This document shows, in pieces, positions 40,748 to 50,997 of a stretch of DNA of 64,000 nucleotides. The notes under the pieces are model-generated. The model was given only the letters and a program-made list of their open reading frames with translations. It had not been told where the DNA came from and did not search any database. The position numbers were made by a program, and so were the translations under genes. Numbering within the stretch: the stretch's first letter is position 1; each line of letters opens with the position of its first letter. The DNA lies in the NCBI GenBank assembly GCA_965215565.1, contig CBDCDZ010000004.1, forward strand, positions 3,168,001 through 3,232,000, given 5' to 3'. Source of the DNA: Trueperaceae bacterium. Lineage in GTDB: Bacteria; Deinococcota; Deinococci; Deinococcales; Trueperaceae.

Positions 40748-41440
40748 TCTATCCACTAAAAAGGGATACGGATTCACTGCGTCCCAATCGCACGACTCGT
40801 ACGAGCCGCCGTACATCCCCAGGTGCAAGTGAGGTGGCGTCGTAACGGCGTTGCCCGTGTTGCCGACGTAGCCTAAAAGCGTCTCCGCCGTCACGTACTG
40901 CCCCTCTTGCAAATCTGGCGCGAAGCTGTCCAAATGCGCGTAGTAGTAGCGAATCCCGCCCCCGCCGATGACGACGACGACATTGCCCCCGAGCGGGTTC
41001 TCACCGATGCGGTAGACGTAGCCCTGCGTCGCGGAGTAGATGGGCGTGCCGCGCGGCGCAAAGATGTCTTGCCCTTCGTGGGTGCGCCCTTCGCTCCTCG
41101 CTGCGCCCCAGGTGTCGGTGACTTGACCTACGGTGACGCCTGCGACGGGCATCAAGAGGGCGTCATCACTCTGCAAGGGGACGCTCGAGAAGTAGAGCGG
41201 CAGCAACTCCTGGTAGCGGCGGCGCGTCTCCAACTCCTGCTCCCAGTCGCCCCCCCGTTCGCGTATCCGCGCCTCGCGCTCCTCATCCACCGGGCAGGTG
41301 ATGGCGGCGATCTCTTCAGCCCTCGGATTGTCGAAACCGTTGCTCACCCTTTCGGGCGCAGCTTGGGACGAAGCGAAAGGGACAAGGAGAAAGGTAGAAA
41401 GTAAAAGGATGTGAGTGAGGCACAGCGTTTTGTAGTGCAT
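40745..41440 (-). CDS. M23-family metallopeptidase
   Basis: HEGQD, YYAHL, GNTGNA..PHLH motifs and a signal peptide. Confidence 0.9.
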   Translation of the reverse strand: MHYKTLCLTHILLLSTFLLVPFASSQAAPERVSNGFDNPRAEEIAAITCPVDEEREARIRERGGDWEQELETRRRYQELLPLYFSSVPLQSDDALLMPVAGVTVGQVTDTWGAARSEGRTHEGQDIFAPRGTPIYSATQGYVYRIGENPLGGNVVVVIGGGGIRYYYAHLDSFAPDLQEGQYVTAETLLGYVGNTGNAVTTPPHLHLGMYGGSYESCDWDAVNPYPFLVDR

Positions 41441-41544
41441 AGCTGATTTTACGGTGGAGACGTTGAAGAGGTTGGCAAGTTCGGTTACTTCATTAAACAG
41501 CAGGTCTCAGCTCGAGCGCCCACGAAACGATATGCTGATACTTC

Positions 41545-42327
41545 ATGACGCGCCCCATGCTCACCTTTTTAGGCTCCTCCGACTCGCAGGGCGTCCCCCG
41601 CTGGTGGTGCGACTGCTCGGTCTGCGTAGAGGCGAAGACGACGGGAAAGAACGCCCGAACGCGCCCCTCCGTCGTCATCAGGGGGAGCGAGACCATTCTG
41701 ATTGACGCCGCGCCCGAGTTGAGACTTCAATGCGCCAGAGAGAACCTCACCGCGTTTAACGCCGCGCTCATCACCCACGCGCACAATGACCATATCTTAG
41801 GTCTCGGTGACTTGGGCGATTGGGGACGCTGGACGAAAAAGCGGTGTCCAGTTTACGCGCCGGAAGAGGTGTTGCCGCGTTTGAAGGCGAGATTCGACTA
41901 CATGACAAGAGGTGCTTACTTAGAACATACGCCCTTCTTGGCGTTAGAAGTGGAAACGGAACGGACGTTTGCAGGGTACGAGGTCAGCGCTTTTAGGGTG
42001 CCGCACGGTTACAACGGGTTTTCCTACGCTTTTCGTTTCTCAAAGGGGCAAGCCCGCTGGGGCTACCTGCCCGACTGCTTGGGCTTACAAGATTTGGAGC
42101 CCTGGCGCAACTTAGACCTCTTGATTTTAGGGACGAGCTTCTACGAAGAGAACGCCCCGCTCGAGACGCGCAGCGTTTACGACGTGCGAGAGGCGCTAGA
42201 CCTTATCGGTGAGTTGAGTCCTAAACAGACCATCTTCACGCACTTAGGTCACGGTATCGATGTCAGGAAGCCCGCGCCGGAGGGCGCGCGCTACGCCTTC
42301 GACGGTCTGAGCGTTGCGCTTCCGTGA
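41545..42327 (+). CDS. MBL-fold hydrolase (PhnP/YycJ-like)
   Basis: GVP..CDCSVC, THAHNDH, VPHG and THLGH motifs. Confidence 0.88.
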   Translation: MTRPMLTFLGSSDSQGVPRWWCDCSVCVEAKTTGKNARTRPSVVIRGSETILIDAAPELRLQCARENLTAFNAALITHAHNDHILGLGDLGDWGRWTKKRCPVYAPEEVLPRLKARFDYMTRGAYLEHTPFLALEVETERTFAGYEVSAFRVPHGYNGFSYAFRFSKGQARWGYLPDCLGLQDLEPWRNLDLLILGTSFYEENAPLETRSVYDVREALDLIGELSPKQTIFTHLGHGIDVRKPAPEGARYAFDGLSVALP

Positions 42328-43331
42328 ACTTACGCCTGGAAGGTCTCTCGAAGAGGTACGGTGATATCCAGGCGGTTGACGGGGTCTCTTTAGAGCTTCG
42401 TCCGGGCGAGACGTTGGCGCTTTTAGGTCCGTCGGGGTGCGGCAAAAGTACGCTGCTCAGGCTCATTGCTGGCTTAGAAGAGGTGGACGCGGGGCGCATC
42501 TTCTTGGGCGGCGAAGAGGTCACAGAGCGTTCACCGCAAAAACGCGGCTTCGGGATGGTCTTTCAAGATTACGCGCTCTTTCCGCACCTCAACGTGGAGA
42601 ACAACATCGCGTACGGCTTGGTTGAGAAGGGTTGGCCTCAAGAGGAGAGGCGAGAACGTGTGGACAACCTCTTGCACCTCGTCGGCTTAGGCGGGCTGAA
42701 CCGCCGCCGTGTAGAGGCGCTTTCGGGCGGACAACAGCAGCGCGTGGCGCTTGCGCGGGCGTTGGCACCTAAGCCTTCACTCCTCCTGCTGGACGAACCG
42801 CTTTCCAACCTCGACTTGGCGCTGCGCGAAGACCTCAAGGGGCAGCTCAAAGACCTCTTGAGTAACTTAGAATTGAGCGCCATCTACGTCACCCACGATC
42901 AAGACGAGGCGTTTACCTTAGCGGAGCGCGTCGCGGTGATGAGAGCGGGACGAATCTTACAGCTTGACGACGCGAAAACGCTCTACGCGCAGCCTCGTAC
43001 GGCGTGGACCGCGCAGTTTTTGGGGCATACGAACGTCTACGAATCGCTCGTCCACGAAGGGCTGAGGACGCTAGCGAATACCTCCCAGCCCTACATCCTC
43101 ATCCGCAGTGATTTGGTCTGCCTGGGCTCCGGCGAGATGAGCGCAGACCTCCTCAGCTACGCGCAAGTCGGCGCACTCCACCGCCTCGAGCTAGAGCTGC
43201 ACCCCTTCGGCTTGCGCTTTTTTTGGACCGGGTTCTCGAGAGAAGTCCCGGACGGGCTCGAGGTTGGAGGAACGCTCCAGCTCCACATCCCCGAACACGC
43301 CGTCGTCGGCTTAGACGGAGACAAGCAGTGA
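42324..43331 (+). CDS. ABC transporter ATPase, probably ThiQ
   Basis: GPSGCGKST, FQDYALFPHL and LSGGQQQR motifs. Thiamine gene context. Confidence 0.85.
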   Translation: MNLRLEGLSKRYGDIQAVDGVSLELRPGETLALLGPSGCGKSTLLRLIAGLEEVDAGRIFLGGEEVTERSPQKRGFGMVFQDYALFPHLNVENNIAYGLVEKGWPQEERRERVDNLLHLVGLGGLNRRRVEALSGGQQQRVALARALAPKPSLLLLDEPLSNLDLALREDLKGQLKDLLSNLELSAIYVTHDQDEAFTLAERVAVMRAGRILQLDDAKTLYAQPRTAWTAQFLGHTNVYESLVHEGLRTLANTSQPYILIRSDLVCLGSGEMSADLLSYAQVGALHRLELELHPFGLRFFWTGFSREVPDGLEVGGTLQLHIPEHAVVGLDGDKQ

Positions 43332-43993
43332 AAGCGGTTGTTTTAGCGGGCGGCGACATCACCGTGACGGACGCGCTCAGAGACCTCTGCCGAGGTGCTG
43401 AACTCGTCGTCGCGGCAGATTCGGGCTTGCGGCACGCGGCGGCTTTAGGTGTCTCGCCGGACGTCGTTGTAGGTGACTTCGATTCGGTCACGGAAGAGGT
43501 GTTGGCTCAGTACCCCGACCTGCCGAGGGTGGCGCACCCCCCCGAAAAAGACCTGCTCGACTTGGAGCTTGCGCTCAGTCACGCGCGGGAGAGAGGCGCA
43601 ACGCGCTACCTCATCGTGGGCGGGCTCGGCGACCGCTTCGACCAGTCGCTCTCGGCTGTGCTGATCGCGGCAAGGTGGAAGCGTGAGGGTTATAACGTGT
43701 CGCTCCAATCGGGAGACCGCGCCGTTTACCTCTTGGCGGGGGCGGACGAGGTGAGGCTCGAGCTTCCCCCTAAGCAACGCTTCAGCCTGCTCAGCTTGAG
43801 CGAACAGTCAACGGTGAGTCTGGAGAATGCGGCGTATCTGCTCGAGAGGTATCCCCTCCCTTTCGGCGTCGGGCGGGGCGTGTCAAATGAGGTGGCGGAG
43901 ACTCCTTTGAAAGTTGAACTGCATAACGGATTGGCGCTGCTCATAGTGGAGAAGTTGAAAGCAACGAGCAATCCAGTCGAGCTGGTTATGTAA
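43328..43993 (+). CDS. thiN: Thiamine diphosphokinase
   Basis: AADSG, VGDFDS, EKD..D, GGLGDRFDQ and GVSNE motifs. GTG 43328 overlaps the upstream stop. Confidence 0.9.
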   Translation: MKAVVLAGGDITVTDALRDLCRGAELVVAADSGLRHAAALGVSPDVVVGDFDSVTEEVLAQYPDLPRVAHPPEKDLLDLELALSHARERGATRYLIVGGLGDRFDQSLSAVLIAARWKREGYNVSLQSGDRAVYLLAGADEVRLELPPKQRFSLLSLSEQSTVSLENAAYLLERYPLPFGVGRGVSNEVAETPLKVELHNGLALLIVEKLKATSNPVELVM

Positions 43994-44066
43994 TCTTGCG
44001 AAGCAAACGAACGGTGAGCAATGAGCCTAAAGGTTTTCACTCGTTGCTTATTGCTCGGTACTCATC
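43964..44066. repeat. AGCAATG/CATTGCT heptamer-based inverted repeat
   Basis: Shares ACGAGCAATCCAGTCGAGCTGG with 46372-46393. A related array lies at 60039-60106. Confidence 0.6.
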
Positions 44067-44072
44067 GCTGCT

Positions 44073-45056
44073 TTACCACCTCTGATGCACCTGCTCGTAA
44101 GCATGTCGCTCGTAGACCTCTCTCGAGCGCGCCATCACCGCATCTGAAAGCGGGGCTAGCTCGGACGCCCTTGCGTTATCCTCGACCTGTTCGGGCTTTT
44201 TCGCGCCGGGAATCGCGCAGCTTACGGCGTCGTGCATCAAAATCCAGCGGAGGGCGAACTGAGGCATGGTGGCGTTTTCGGGCGCGAGGTCTTGGAGAGC
44301 GTTCACCGCCTGGAGTCCCGTCTCGAAATCCAGCCCCGCGAAGGTCTCGCCTCTGTCAAACGCTGACCCGTCGCGGTTGAAGTTGCGGTGGTCATCCTCT
44401 TCGAAGTTCGTTTTTTCGCTCATCTTGCCTGTTAAAAGCCCGCTCGCAAGGGGGACGCGCACTAAAATCCCGACGTTTTTCTCCTGCGCTTCTCTAAAAA
44501 ACAGTTCAGCCGGGCGCTGCCGAAAGAGGTTGAAGATGATCTGCACGGTGGATAAGCCGGTGTACTCGAGTGCCTTCAAGCCCTCCTCCACCTTCTCCAC
44601 CGACACGCCGTAATGCTTAATTTTTCCCTCGCGCTTCATGTCCTCTAAAACTCCGAAGACCTCGGGTTGGTAGAAGACTTTTGTCGGCGGACAATGGAGC
44701 TGGACGACGTCTAAAGCGTCCGTATCCAGATTCTTCAAGCTCCTATCTACGAAAGCGTTCAAATTCTCGCGGTTATAGCCCTCGGCGGTGTGGGGGTCTA
44801 AGCGCCTGCCCGCTTTGGTGGGGATGTAGAGCGTCTCGTCGCGCTCACGCCTGAGCTTGGCGAGGAGCCGTTCGCTGCGCCCGTCGCCGTAGACATCCGC
44901 CGTGTCGAAGAGGTTGATGCCCTCGTCTACGGCTTTATGCAAAGCGCGCATAGAATCCTCGTCGCTCACCTTGCCCCAGGAGCCGCCTATCGCCCACGCG
45001 CCGAAACTCACCTCGGAGACCCTCCAGCCCGTCTTACCTAATGTCCGGTAATTCAC
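44073..45056 (-). CDS. Aldo/keto reductase
   Basis: YRTLGKTG, DTADVYG, SLKNL..QLH, PLASGLL and IPGA motifs. Confidence 0.92.
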   Translation of the reverse strand: MNYRTLGKTGWRVSEVSFGAWAIGGSWGKVSDEDSMRALHKAVDEGINLFDTADVYGDGRSERLLAKLRRERDETLYIPTKAGRRLDPHTAEGYNRENLNAFVDRSLKNLDTDALDVVQLHCPPTKVFYQPEVFGVLEDMKREGKIKHYGVSVEKVEEGLKALEYTGLSTVQIIFNLFRQRPAELFFREAQEKNVGILVRVPLASGLLTGKMSEKTNFEEDDHRNFNRDGSAFDRGETFAGLDFETGLQAVNALQDLAPENATMPQFALRWILMHDAVSCAIPGAKKPEQVEDNARASELAPLSDAVMARSREVYERHAYEQVHQRW

Positions 45057-45386
45057 GTTGCCCTCCCTCACTTCTCTTTAACGCGCAGCTTACCGCGCCT
45101 TTGAGGGTCTCTTTTGTGAGACGGCCCTAAGTTACGGTGAGCCTCGAAGGCCGCTTTGCGAGATTTTTGACAGTGGTGAGTCACAAGAGAAGAGGGCGCG
45201 GCTATCTGACATAGCGAAGCGGCGAGGGTGGCGTACACTTGGGAATGTTACTATCCAGCGTTATGAAGCGATTTTTCTCGAGGGGTGGCGCGTTAAAAAC
45301 GTGAACAGTTTAGGCAATCTCACCGTGACCGGACAGGGTCTCTTTCCGTATCCCCCTGCGCCTCCTCTATTCATCAGGCGTCTCCG

Positions 45387-46358
45387 ATGACGTCCTCCGT
45401 CGTCATTCGCGGCACGGGCGCGTACGTTCCCGAGAAGCGCCTCACCAACGCCGACCTAGAGCGCATGGTGGACACCTCCGACGAGTGGATTACGACGCGC
45501 ACGGGCATCTCCGAGCGGCGCATCGCCGCGCCGGAGGAGGCCACTTCGGACATGGCGCAGCGCGCGGCGTGCGCCGCGCTGCAAGACGCGGGCATAAACG
45601 CCGCCGACATCGACCTCATCGTCGTCGGCACCTCTACGCCCGACCACCACTTCCCCTCGGTAGCGTGCAAGCTCCAAGCGAGCATCGGCTGCACCAAAGC
45701 GGCTGCCTTCGACGTGAACGCGGCGTGCGCGGGTTTCATCTCGGCCTTGCAGGTAGCCGAGCAGTTCATCCGGGCAGGCAGCGCCGAACACGTGTTGGTA
45801 GTCGGCGCGGACACCATGTCGCGCATTTTGGACTACACGGACCGCGCCACGAGCATCCTCTTCGGCGACGGTGCGGGTGCGTTCGTGCTCTCTAAGGGCG
45901 AGAGGGGCGAGGGCGGCATCCTCAGTTCGGCTACCTACGCCGACGGCACCTACTACGACAAGCTGTACGTCTGTGGCGGCGGCTGCACATCGGACGGGCA
46001 AGAGGCTAGAGCAAAGATCACTATGAACGGCAGGGCCATCTTTCAACTCGCGGTGCGGGCGATGGTGAGCGCCACCGAAGAGGTGCTCGCCAAGGCGGGC
46101 GTGTCCGTCGGCGAGGTGGACTGGATAGTGCCGCATCAGGCGAACCAGCGCATCACGGACGCGGTGGCGAAGGGGCTCTGTGTCTCTTTAGAAAAGGTCA
46201 TCAGCACCATCAAAGACTTTGGCAACAACTCCGCCGCCACCGTCCCTTTGGCGATGGACATTGCCATCAAAGACGGACGCATCCAGCGCGGCGACAAGGT
46301 TATTTTGACGGCGTTTGGTGGCGGGTTGTCGTGGGGGTCGGTGCTGCTCAGTTACTAA
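45387..46358 (+). CDS. fabH: Beta-ketoacyl-ACP synthase III
   Basis: DTSDEWI..RTGI, AACAGF, FGDGAGA, PHQAN and GNNSAA motifs. Confidence 0.95.
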   Translation: MTSSVVIRGTGAYVPEKRLTNADLERMVDTSDEWITTRTGISERRIAAPEEATSDMAQRAACAALQDAGINAADIDLIVVGTSTPDHHFPSVACKLQASIGCTKAAAFDVNAACAGFISALQVAEQFIRAGSAEHVLVVGADTMSRILDYTDRATSILFGDGAGAFVLSKGERGEGGILSSATYADGTYYDKLYVCGGGCTSDGQEARAKITMNGRAIFQLAVRAMVSATEEVLAKAGVSVGEVDWIVPHQANQRITDAVAKGLCVSLEKVISTIKDFGNNSAATVPLAMDIAIKDGRIQRGDKVILTAFGGGLSWGSVLLSY

Positions 46359-46570
46359 GAAGCCATGAGAAACGAGCAATCCAGTCGAGCTGGACGAACG
46401 GTGAGTGAAAGACTTTGGACTCAGGTAGTGGCTCTATCTGGAATAGTACGGGTGTCCAAGCAAGGGGTTTCAACCCCTTGCTACGCCACACGGAGACGGC
46501 AGAAGGAGCGCGCGGCAGCATTCGACTTAGAACCACTACCGACTTCAGACTCATTGCTCATTGCTTCTTT

Positions 46571-46754
46571 TAGCAGGTATCATCTGGTCAGAAACACTAT
46601 CACTTTTTAGAACATCGTTTCCTTCGGAAAACTGCGTAAGCAGCACGCACATTCTGAGATGAAATCCCGCAACGGCAGGGCGGCCTGCCCGTAACGCTAG
46701 TCCTTACGGACAGAGATCTGCGCTCATCCGTCTCAGTGTGGTTTGGAACTGCTA
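46571..46754 (+). mobile_element. MITE-like element, TAGCAG family (long form)
   Basis: TAGCAG...CTGCTA termini. A 71-nt stretch is identical to the copy at 52282-52467. Confidence 0.8.
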
Positions 46755-46755
46755 T

Positions 46756-47079
46756 TTATAAAACTGCCTGCAACGTCCACAGCGCCACCATGCCCGCCAC
46801 AATGGTCCAGATAATGCTCTTGCTGTAAAACGCCACGACGCCCGCGAAAAGTCCCGCTAACAGCTTCTCGTTGGTGAGGGTGAGCACTAAGTCTCCCTCA
46901 CGGAAGACGAGCGCGGGCACGACGATAGCGGAGAGCACGGCTGCGGGTACGAAGCGGAGCGCCCGCTGAACGAGGGGCGGCATCGCCAAGCGCCCCGCTA
47001 GCGCGATGAACGACGCGCGGAGCGCGAAAGTGATGAGCCCCATCAGAAGAATCGTCAGCCAGAGCGTTGGGGTGCTCAT
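46756..47079 (-). CDS. azlD: AzlD-family membrane protein
   Basis: ITFALRASF and LRFVPAAVLSA motifs. Coupled to azlC. Confidence 0.85.
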   Translation of the reverse strand: MSTPTLWLTILLMGLITFALRASFIALAGRLAMPPLVQRALRFVPAAVLSAIVVPALVFREGDLVLTLTNEKLLAGLFAGVVAFYSKSIIWTIVAGMVALWTLQAVL

Positions 47080-47783
47080 GGGCGCGCCTCTTCGGTCTCT
47101 GCCGCTTTCACCGTCTCGACTAGCACGCCGACTCCGATGCCGACGAGCGCCGCGACGATGAGCGCCAGGTTGAAGGGCAAAGGGTCCGCGACGACGACGG
47201 TGACGCCCGCTGCGAGTGCCGCCGCCGCCGAAGCGCGGTCTGTTACAGCAGGAATGATGAGCACCATAAAGATGAGGGGGATGGCGAACTCCAAAGACCA
47301 CCCCTCGGGCACCTGCGCGCCGACGAACACGCCGATGATCGTGGAGATCATCCAGACGGCCCAGATAGGCGCAGCGACGCCCAGGTAAAAGAGGTTTTTG
47401 TAGGGCATGTCGGGCTCATCGGTGAAGCGGTTGACGCCAAAGGCGTACGCCTGATCCGTCATGAGGTACGCCATCAAGCCCTTCCAGGGTGCCGAAAAGC
47501 GCTCGAGAAAGGGCGCAATTGAGGCGCTGTACATCACGAAGCGCAGGTTGATAAACAAGGTAGTCATCAAAATAACAAAGACGGGCGAGCCCGACGCGAT
47601 GAGTTGCAAGCCCGCGAGCTGCGACGCGCCCGCGAAAACGATGGCGGAGAGCATCACGGCGGGCAGCTCGCTCAGCCCGACGCTCACCGCGCTCACCCCC
47701 GCGACGAGCCCAAAGGGAACGACGCCCAACATGACGGGTAAGCCTGTCTGAACGCCGGAGAGAAAGGTAGCTCTGGGGGTCAC
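47076..47783 (-). CDS. azlC: AzlC-family amino-acid exporter permease
   Basis: FAGASQ, INLRF and MTDQAYA motifs. Confidence 0.9.
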   Translation of the reverse strand: MTPRATFLSGVQTGLPVMLGVVPFGLVAGVSAVSVGLSELPAVMLSAIVFAGASQLAGLQLIASGSPVFVILMTTLFINLRFVMYSASIAPFLERFSAPWKGLMAYLMTDQAYAFGVNRFTDEPDMPYKNLFYLGVAAPIWAVWMISTIIGVFVGAQVPEGWSLEFAIPLIFMVLIIPAVTDRASAAAALAAGVTVVVADPLPFNLALIVAALVGIGVGVLVETVKAAETEEARP

Positions 47784-47845
47784 GCCCTACCTTACGTCAC
47801 CTCAACCGTTTCTGAGTTCGTTTGGAATGCAAAACAGATTAACTC

Positions 47846-47936
47846 GTAGAGGCGGGTTTCAAACCCGCCCCCGCCATGTCGAGAAATTTCTTGTATCAGT
47901 GCGCCTGTGTAGGGGTGATTCATGAATCTTCCCTAC
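47846..47936. repeat. Pair of GTAG-type REP-like palindromes
   Basis: GTAGAGGCGGGTTTCAAACCCGCC (relative at 59410-59434) and GTAGGGGTGATTCATGAATCTTCCCTAC. Confidence 0.75.
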
Positions 47937-47963
47937 TTCTTCAGAATGTGGCGAAAAGTGGCG

Positions 47964-48707
47964 TCAGGCTTGCTCGGTGGGCAGAATTAGAATCTCGTTG
48001 ACATTGACGCGGCTCGGGCTCGCTACCGCGTAGAGGATGGATTGGGCGATGTCTTCGGACTCGAGCATCGTCATGTTCATCATCCCCTTCATGCCCTCCA
48101 AGGCGTCCTCATCGGTGATGTGCTCCGTCAGCTCGGTCTCGACTGCGCCCGGCTCGATGCTCGTCACGCGGATGTGCTTGTTCGGCGCAAGCTCCTGGCG
48201 CAACCCTTCTGAAAAGGCGGTCACGGCAAACTTCGTCGCGCAGTAGACCGCGCCCGACTGCATCACTTTGCGGCCCGCCACGGACGAGATATTGACGATA
48301 TGTCCGCCCTCTTGCTCCATCATGGTGGGCAGCGCCGCCGCTGTCGCAAACATGAGCCCTTTGACGTTCACGTCCACCATCTGCTCCCACTCGTCGAGCT
48401 TGAGCTTCTCGACGAAGGAGAGCAGCATGACGCCCGCGTTGTTGACTAAGATGTCCACACTGCCAAAGGCGTCTTTGGCTTGTTGAATGAGGTTTTGCGT
48501 GTCCTCGCGCTTGGTGACGTCGGTCTCAACGACGAGCGCTTTGCCGCCGTTACCTTCGAGCTCGCTCTTGAGGTCTTCTAGGCGCTCCTTGCGCCGCGCT
48601 GCGAGCACGACGGCTGCGCCTTCGTTCGCCAACACCCTCGCCGTCGCCTCGCCGATGCCGCTCGAGGCTCCCGTAATCACCGCAACTTTGTTGTCTAAGC
48701 TTCCCAT
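47964..48707 (-). CDS. Short-chain dehydrogenase/reductase
   Basis: TGASSGIG, NNAG and YCATK motifs. ATG 48707 follows GAGGAG. Confidence 0.93.
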   Translation of the reverse strand: MGSLDNKVAVITGASSGIGEATARVLANEGAAVVLAARRKERLEDLKSELEGNGGKALVVETDVTKREDTQNLIQQAKDAFGSVDILVNNAGVMLLSFVEKLKLDEWEQMVDVNVKGLMFATAAALPTMMEQEGGHIVNISSVAGRKVMQSGAVYCATKFAVTAFSEGLRQELAPNKHIRVTSIEPGAVETELTEHITDEDALEGMKGMMNMTMLESEDIAQSILYAVASPSRVNVNEILILPTEQA

Positions 48708-49031
48708 GTTTGCTCCTCGCCCATATTCGTGAGTGTCGTTGCGCCGCCTCGTTCGTAAGGCGAAGCGGCGCACATTCGTGGTGGTAAGGTTGAACGCCTG
48801 TCAGGATAAATCTTGCGAATCCTGCGCAAGCGTCCTGCTCTCGGTGCGCTCTTCGTCGTCCGAATGACAATAAAGCGCCACGAGTACCTCCGCTGAGCCT
48901 AGCAAGAGAGTCGAAAAGGAACGTTGTGCTGTCTTCCAAACCATAGGGCGAGCCAAGAGGTCGACGTGAGCGTGGCAACCTCTTGGCTCGTCCTTGCTGT
49001 GCCAGTCTAAAGTATGTCGATCTGAACGGTG

Positions 49032-49406
49032 TCAGTTTGAGGTGTTAGGAGAAACCTCTTCCGTATCCACAGCGGGTGTAGGCGTTTCCGAAACTGTCAC
49101 GTAGCGCGCCTCGTCCGCGTAGATAAAGCCCTGCAAGCGGGCGAGTTGCTCGCGGTAGGCGGGGTCGTTCTTGTGGGCGATGACGTTCTCTAGGTTCGTA
49201 GACTCACGTTCTAGCGCCGCGATATCGCGCTCCAAGCGGGCGACTTCGCGCTCTGTGTAAACGCTCCGGCTTATCTCCAAGGTGAGCATCGCGAGCGCGT
49301 GAATGCAGCCGACGACGGCGATGACTAGAAATAGGCTCGAGCCCTTGTCGGGTACCCTTTTGCCCTCTTTAGACTCTTTACGCTTGCGCCCTAAAGACCG
49401 AATCAT
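49032..49406 (-). CDS. FtsB/DivIC-like septum formation initiator
   Basis: One TM segment, a coiled coil, and DPAYREQLARLQGFIYADE. Confidence 0.75.
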   Translation of the reverse strand: MIRSLGRKRKESKEGKRVPDKGSSLFLVIAVVGCIHALAMLTLEISRSVYTEREVARLERDIAALERESTNLENVIAHKNDPAYREQLARLQGFIYADEARYVTVSETPTPAVDTEEVSPNTSN

Positions 49407-49430
49407 AGTTTCCCCCCGCCCCTATACAGT

Positions 49431-50423
49431 CTACACATGAATGGTTCCTTGCAGCGCGAGGGCTTCTTTGAGAAAGCGGGCGGCGTCTTCGGGCGGCGTC
49501 GGGTTGATATAAAACCCGCTGCCCCAGTCGAAGCCTGCTTGCGCGGTGAGGCGCGGCAAGATTTCGATGTGCCAGTGGTAGCTCTCAGACTGCACGGGCA
49601 GCGCGTGCAAAATCATGTTATAGGGCGGAAAGTTGAGTGCCGTATTCATAGCGCTTAGCACCGATTGTAACAGGTCTGCCAAAAGAGGCAACGTATTGCT
49701 CGGCAACGTTGCAAAAGACGCGCTGTGGGCGCGGGGCAAGAGCCACACCTCGAAGGGCGTCTTCGAGGCGTAGGGCGCGAGTGCGACGAAGTGCGGGTTT
49801 GAGCTGATGAGGCGGCTCCGCTCGGTGCACTCCGCCCCGATCACGTCGCAAAAGAGGCAGCGCCCGTGCGCCCCGAAGTGGCGCGACGCGGCGGCGCATT
49901 CTTCGTCCACCCAGCGGTTGGTGACGGGCAGCGCCAGGAGCTGCGCGTGCGGGTGGTCGTACGCCGCGCCCGCCGAGCGCCCCACGTTGCGCGAGAGCTG
50001 CACGTGCTTGATACCGGGCTTCTGCGAGAGGAGCCCTATCCTGTCCCTGTAGAGTTTCAAGAGGTCGACGAGGTGCGCTTGCGACATGCCTTCTAAACGC
50101 ATGTCGTGTTGCGGATGCTCGGTGATGAGTTCTTGGTAGCCCACGCCCGAGGCGTAAGCGAAAAGGTCGTTCCCGCCCGTCCGAAATGCTCCTGGCGAGA
50201 GGAGCGCGGCGGGGTTTTCGGACACCCTCGCCTGCCAGGACGCACCGGCGCTCACTAGCGAGGGACTTAGCGTCCTTATCTCCTTCCCTCTTTCGTGACC
50301 GGGACAGAGCGCGCAGGGCGCGGGGGAATGCTTAGCGCTGCCGAAGTCCGAGGGCAAGAGCCCGCGCTCCGGGGAGATGATAACCCAGGCGGAGCCGAAG
50401 GGGTCTTTGCGAAACTGCGGCAT
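49431..50423 (-). CDS. galT: Galactose-1-phosphate uridylyltransferase family
   Basis: CALCPG, HPHAQ nucleophile motif, CLFCD, YHWHIEILPR and INPTPPE. Confidence 0.85.
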   Translation of the reverse strand: MPQFRKDPFGSAWVIISPERGLLPSDFGSAKHSPAPCALCPGHERGKEIRTLSPSLVSAGASWQARVSENPAALLSPGAFRTGGNDLFAYASGVGYQELITEHPQHDMRLEGMSQAHLVDLLKLYRDRIGLLSQKPGIKHVQLSRNVGRSAGAAYDHPHAQLLALPVTNRWVDEECAAASRHFGAHGRCLFCDVIGAECTERSRLISSNPHFVALAPYASKTPFEVWLLPRAHSASFATLPSNTLPLLADLLQSVLSAMNTALNFPPYNMILHALPVQSESYHWHIEILPRLTAQAGFDWGSGFYINPTPPEDAARFLKEALALQGTIHV

Positions 50424-50537
50424 AGCGTGAGTGTAGCAACCTCGCTGCGCGAGAGGCGTGAGGTTTCCGCTACGTTATATCGGCGTGTGAAACTCGCTGA
50501 GGATTGGTGACGAGGTGAACGTGCCGAAAGGAGAATA

Positions 50538-50837
50538 TAGTCAAGTCTCAGGCGGAGCCTAGCGGAACTTCATTTGGTTTGAAACGCAACCACTTTATTA
50601 AGCAGTGTTGCTAGGCAGCAAACTTGCGTAACTGGCAAGCGCATTCGAGAATGAAATCCCGCTAGTTCTTCGAACTGAGGCTTGCGCCATTCCGATCAGT
50701 ATAGCAGGTATCATCTGGTTTGAGACACGCCCACTAGATAAAACGACGTCTAGCGCGCACATTCGATGATAATACCTGCGCTCATCCGTCTCAGTCTCAG
50801 TATGTCTTGGAACTGCTAAGTACTTATGTCAACTGCT
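50538..50837 (+). mobile_element. MITE-like element with a second copy (50702-50818) nested near its right end
   Basis: The outer copy matches 54345-54544. The inner copy is a complete TAGCAGGTATCATC...GGAACTGCTA. Confidence 0.7.
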
Positions 50838-50997
50838 GCATGGAAGGGAGAATTCTGCCTTCTGTATTCTCTTCTTATTCCGAGATTTGAACGGCGTTGC
50901 GGCGCGCTCAATTCGCCTGCGCCCTCTTGAATGACTCCATATGTCCACGCCCTCTAAAACGACATGGACATATTCGCCCCTATGGTTAGATTGATGG

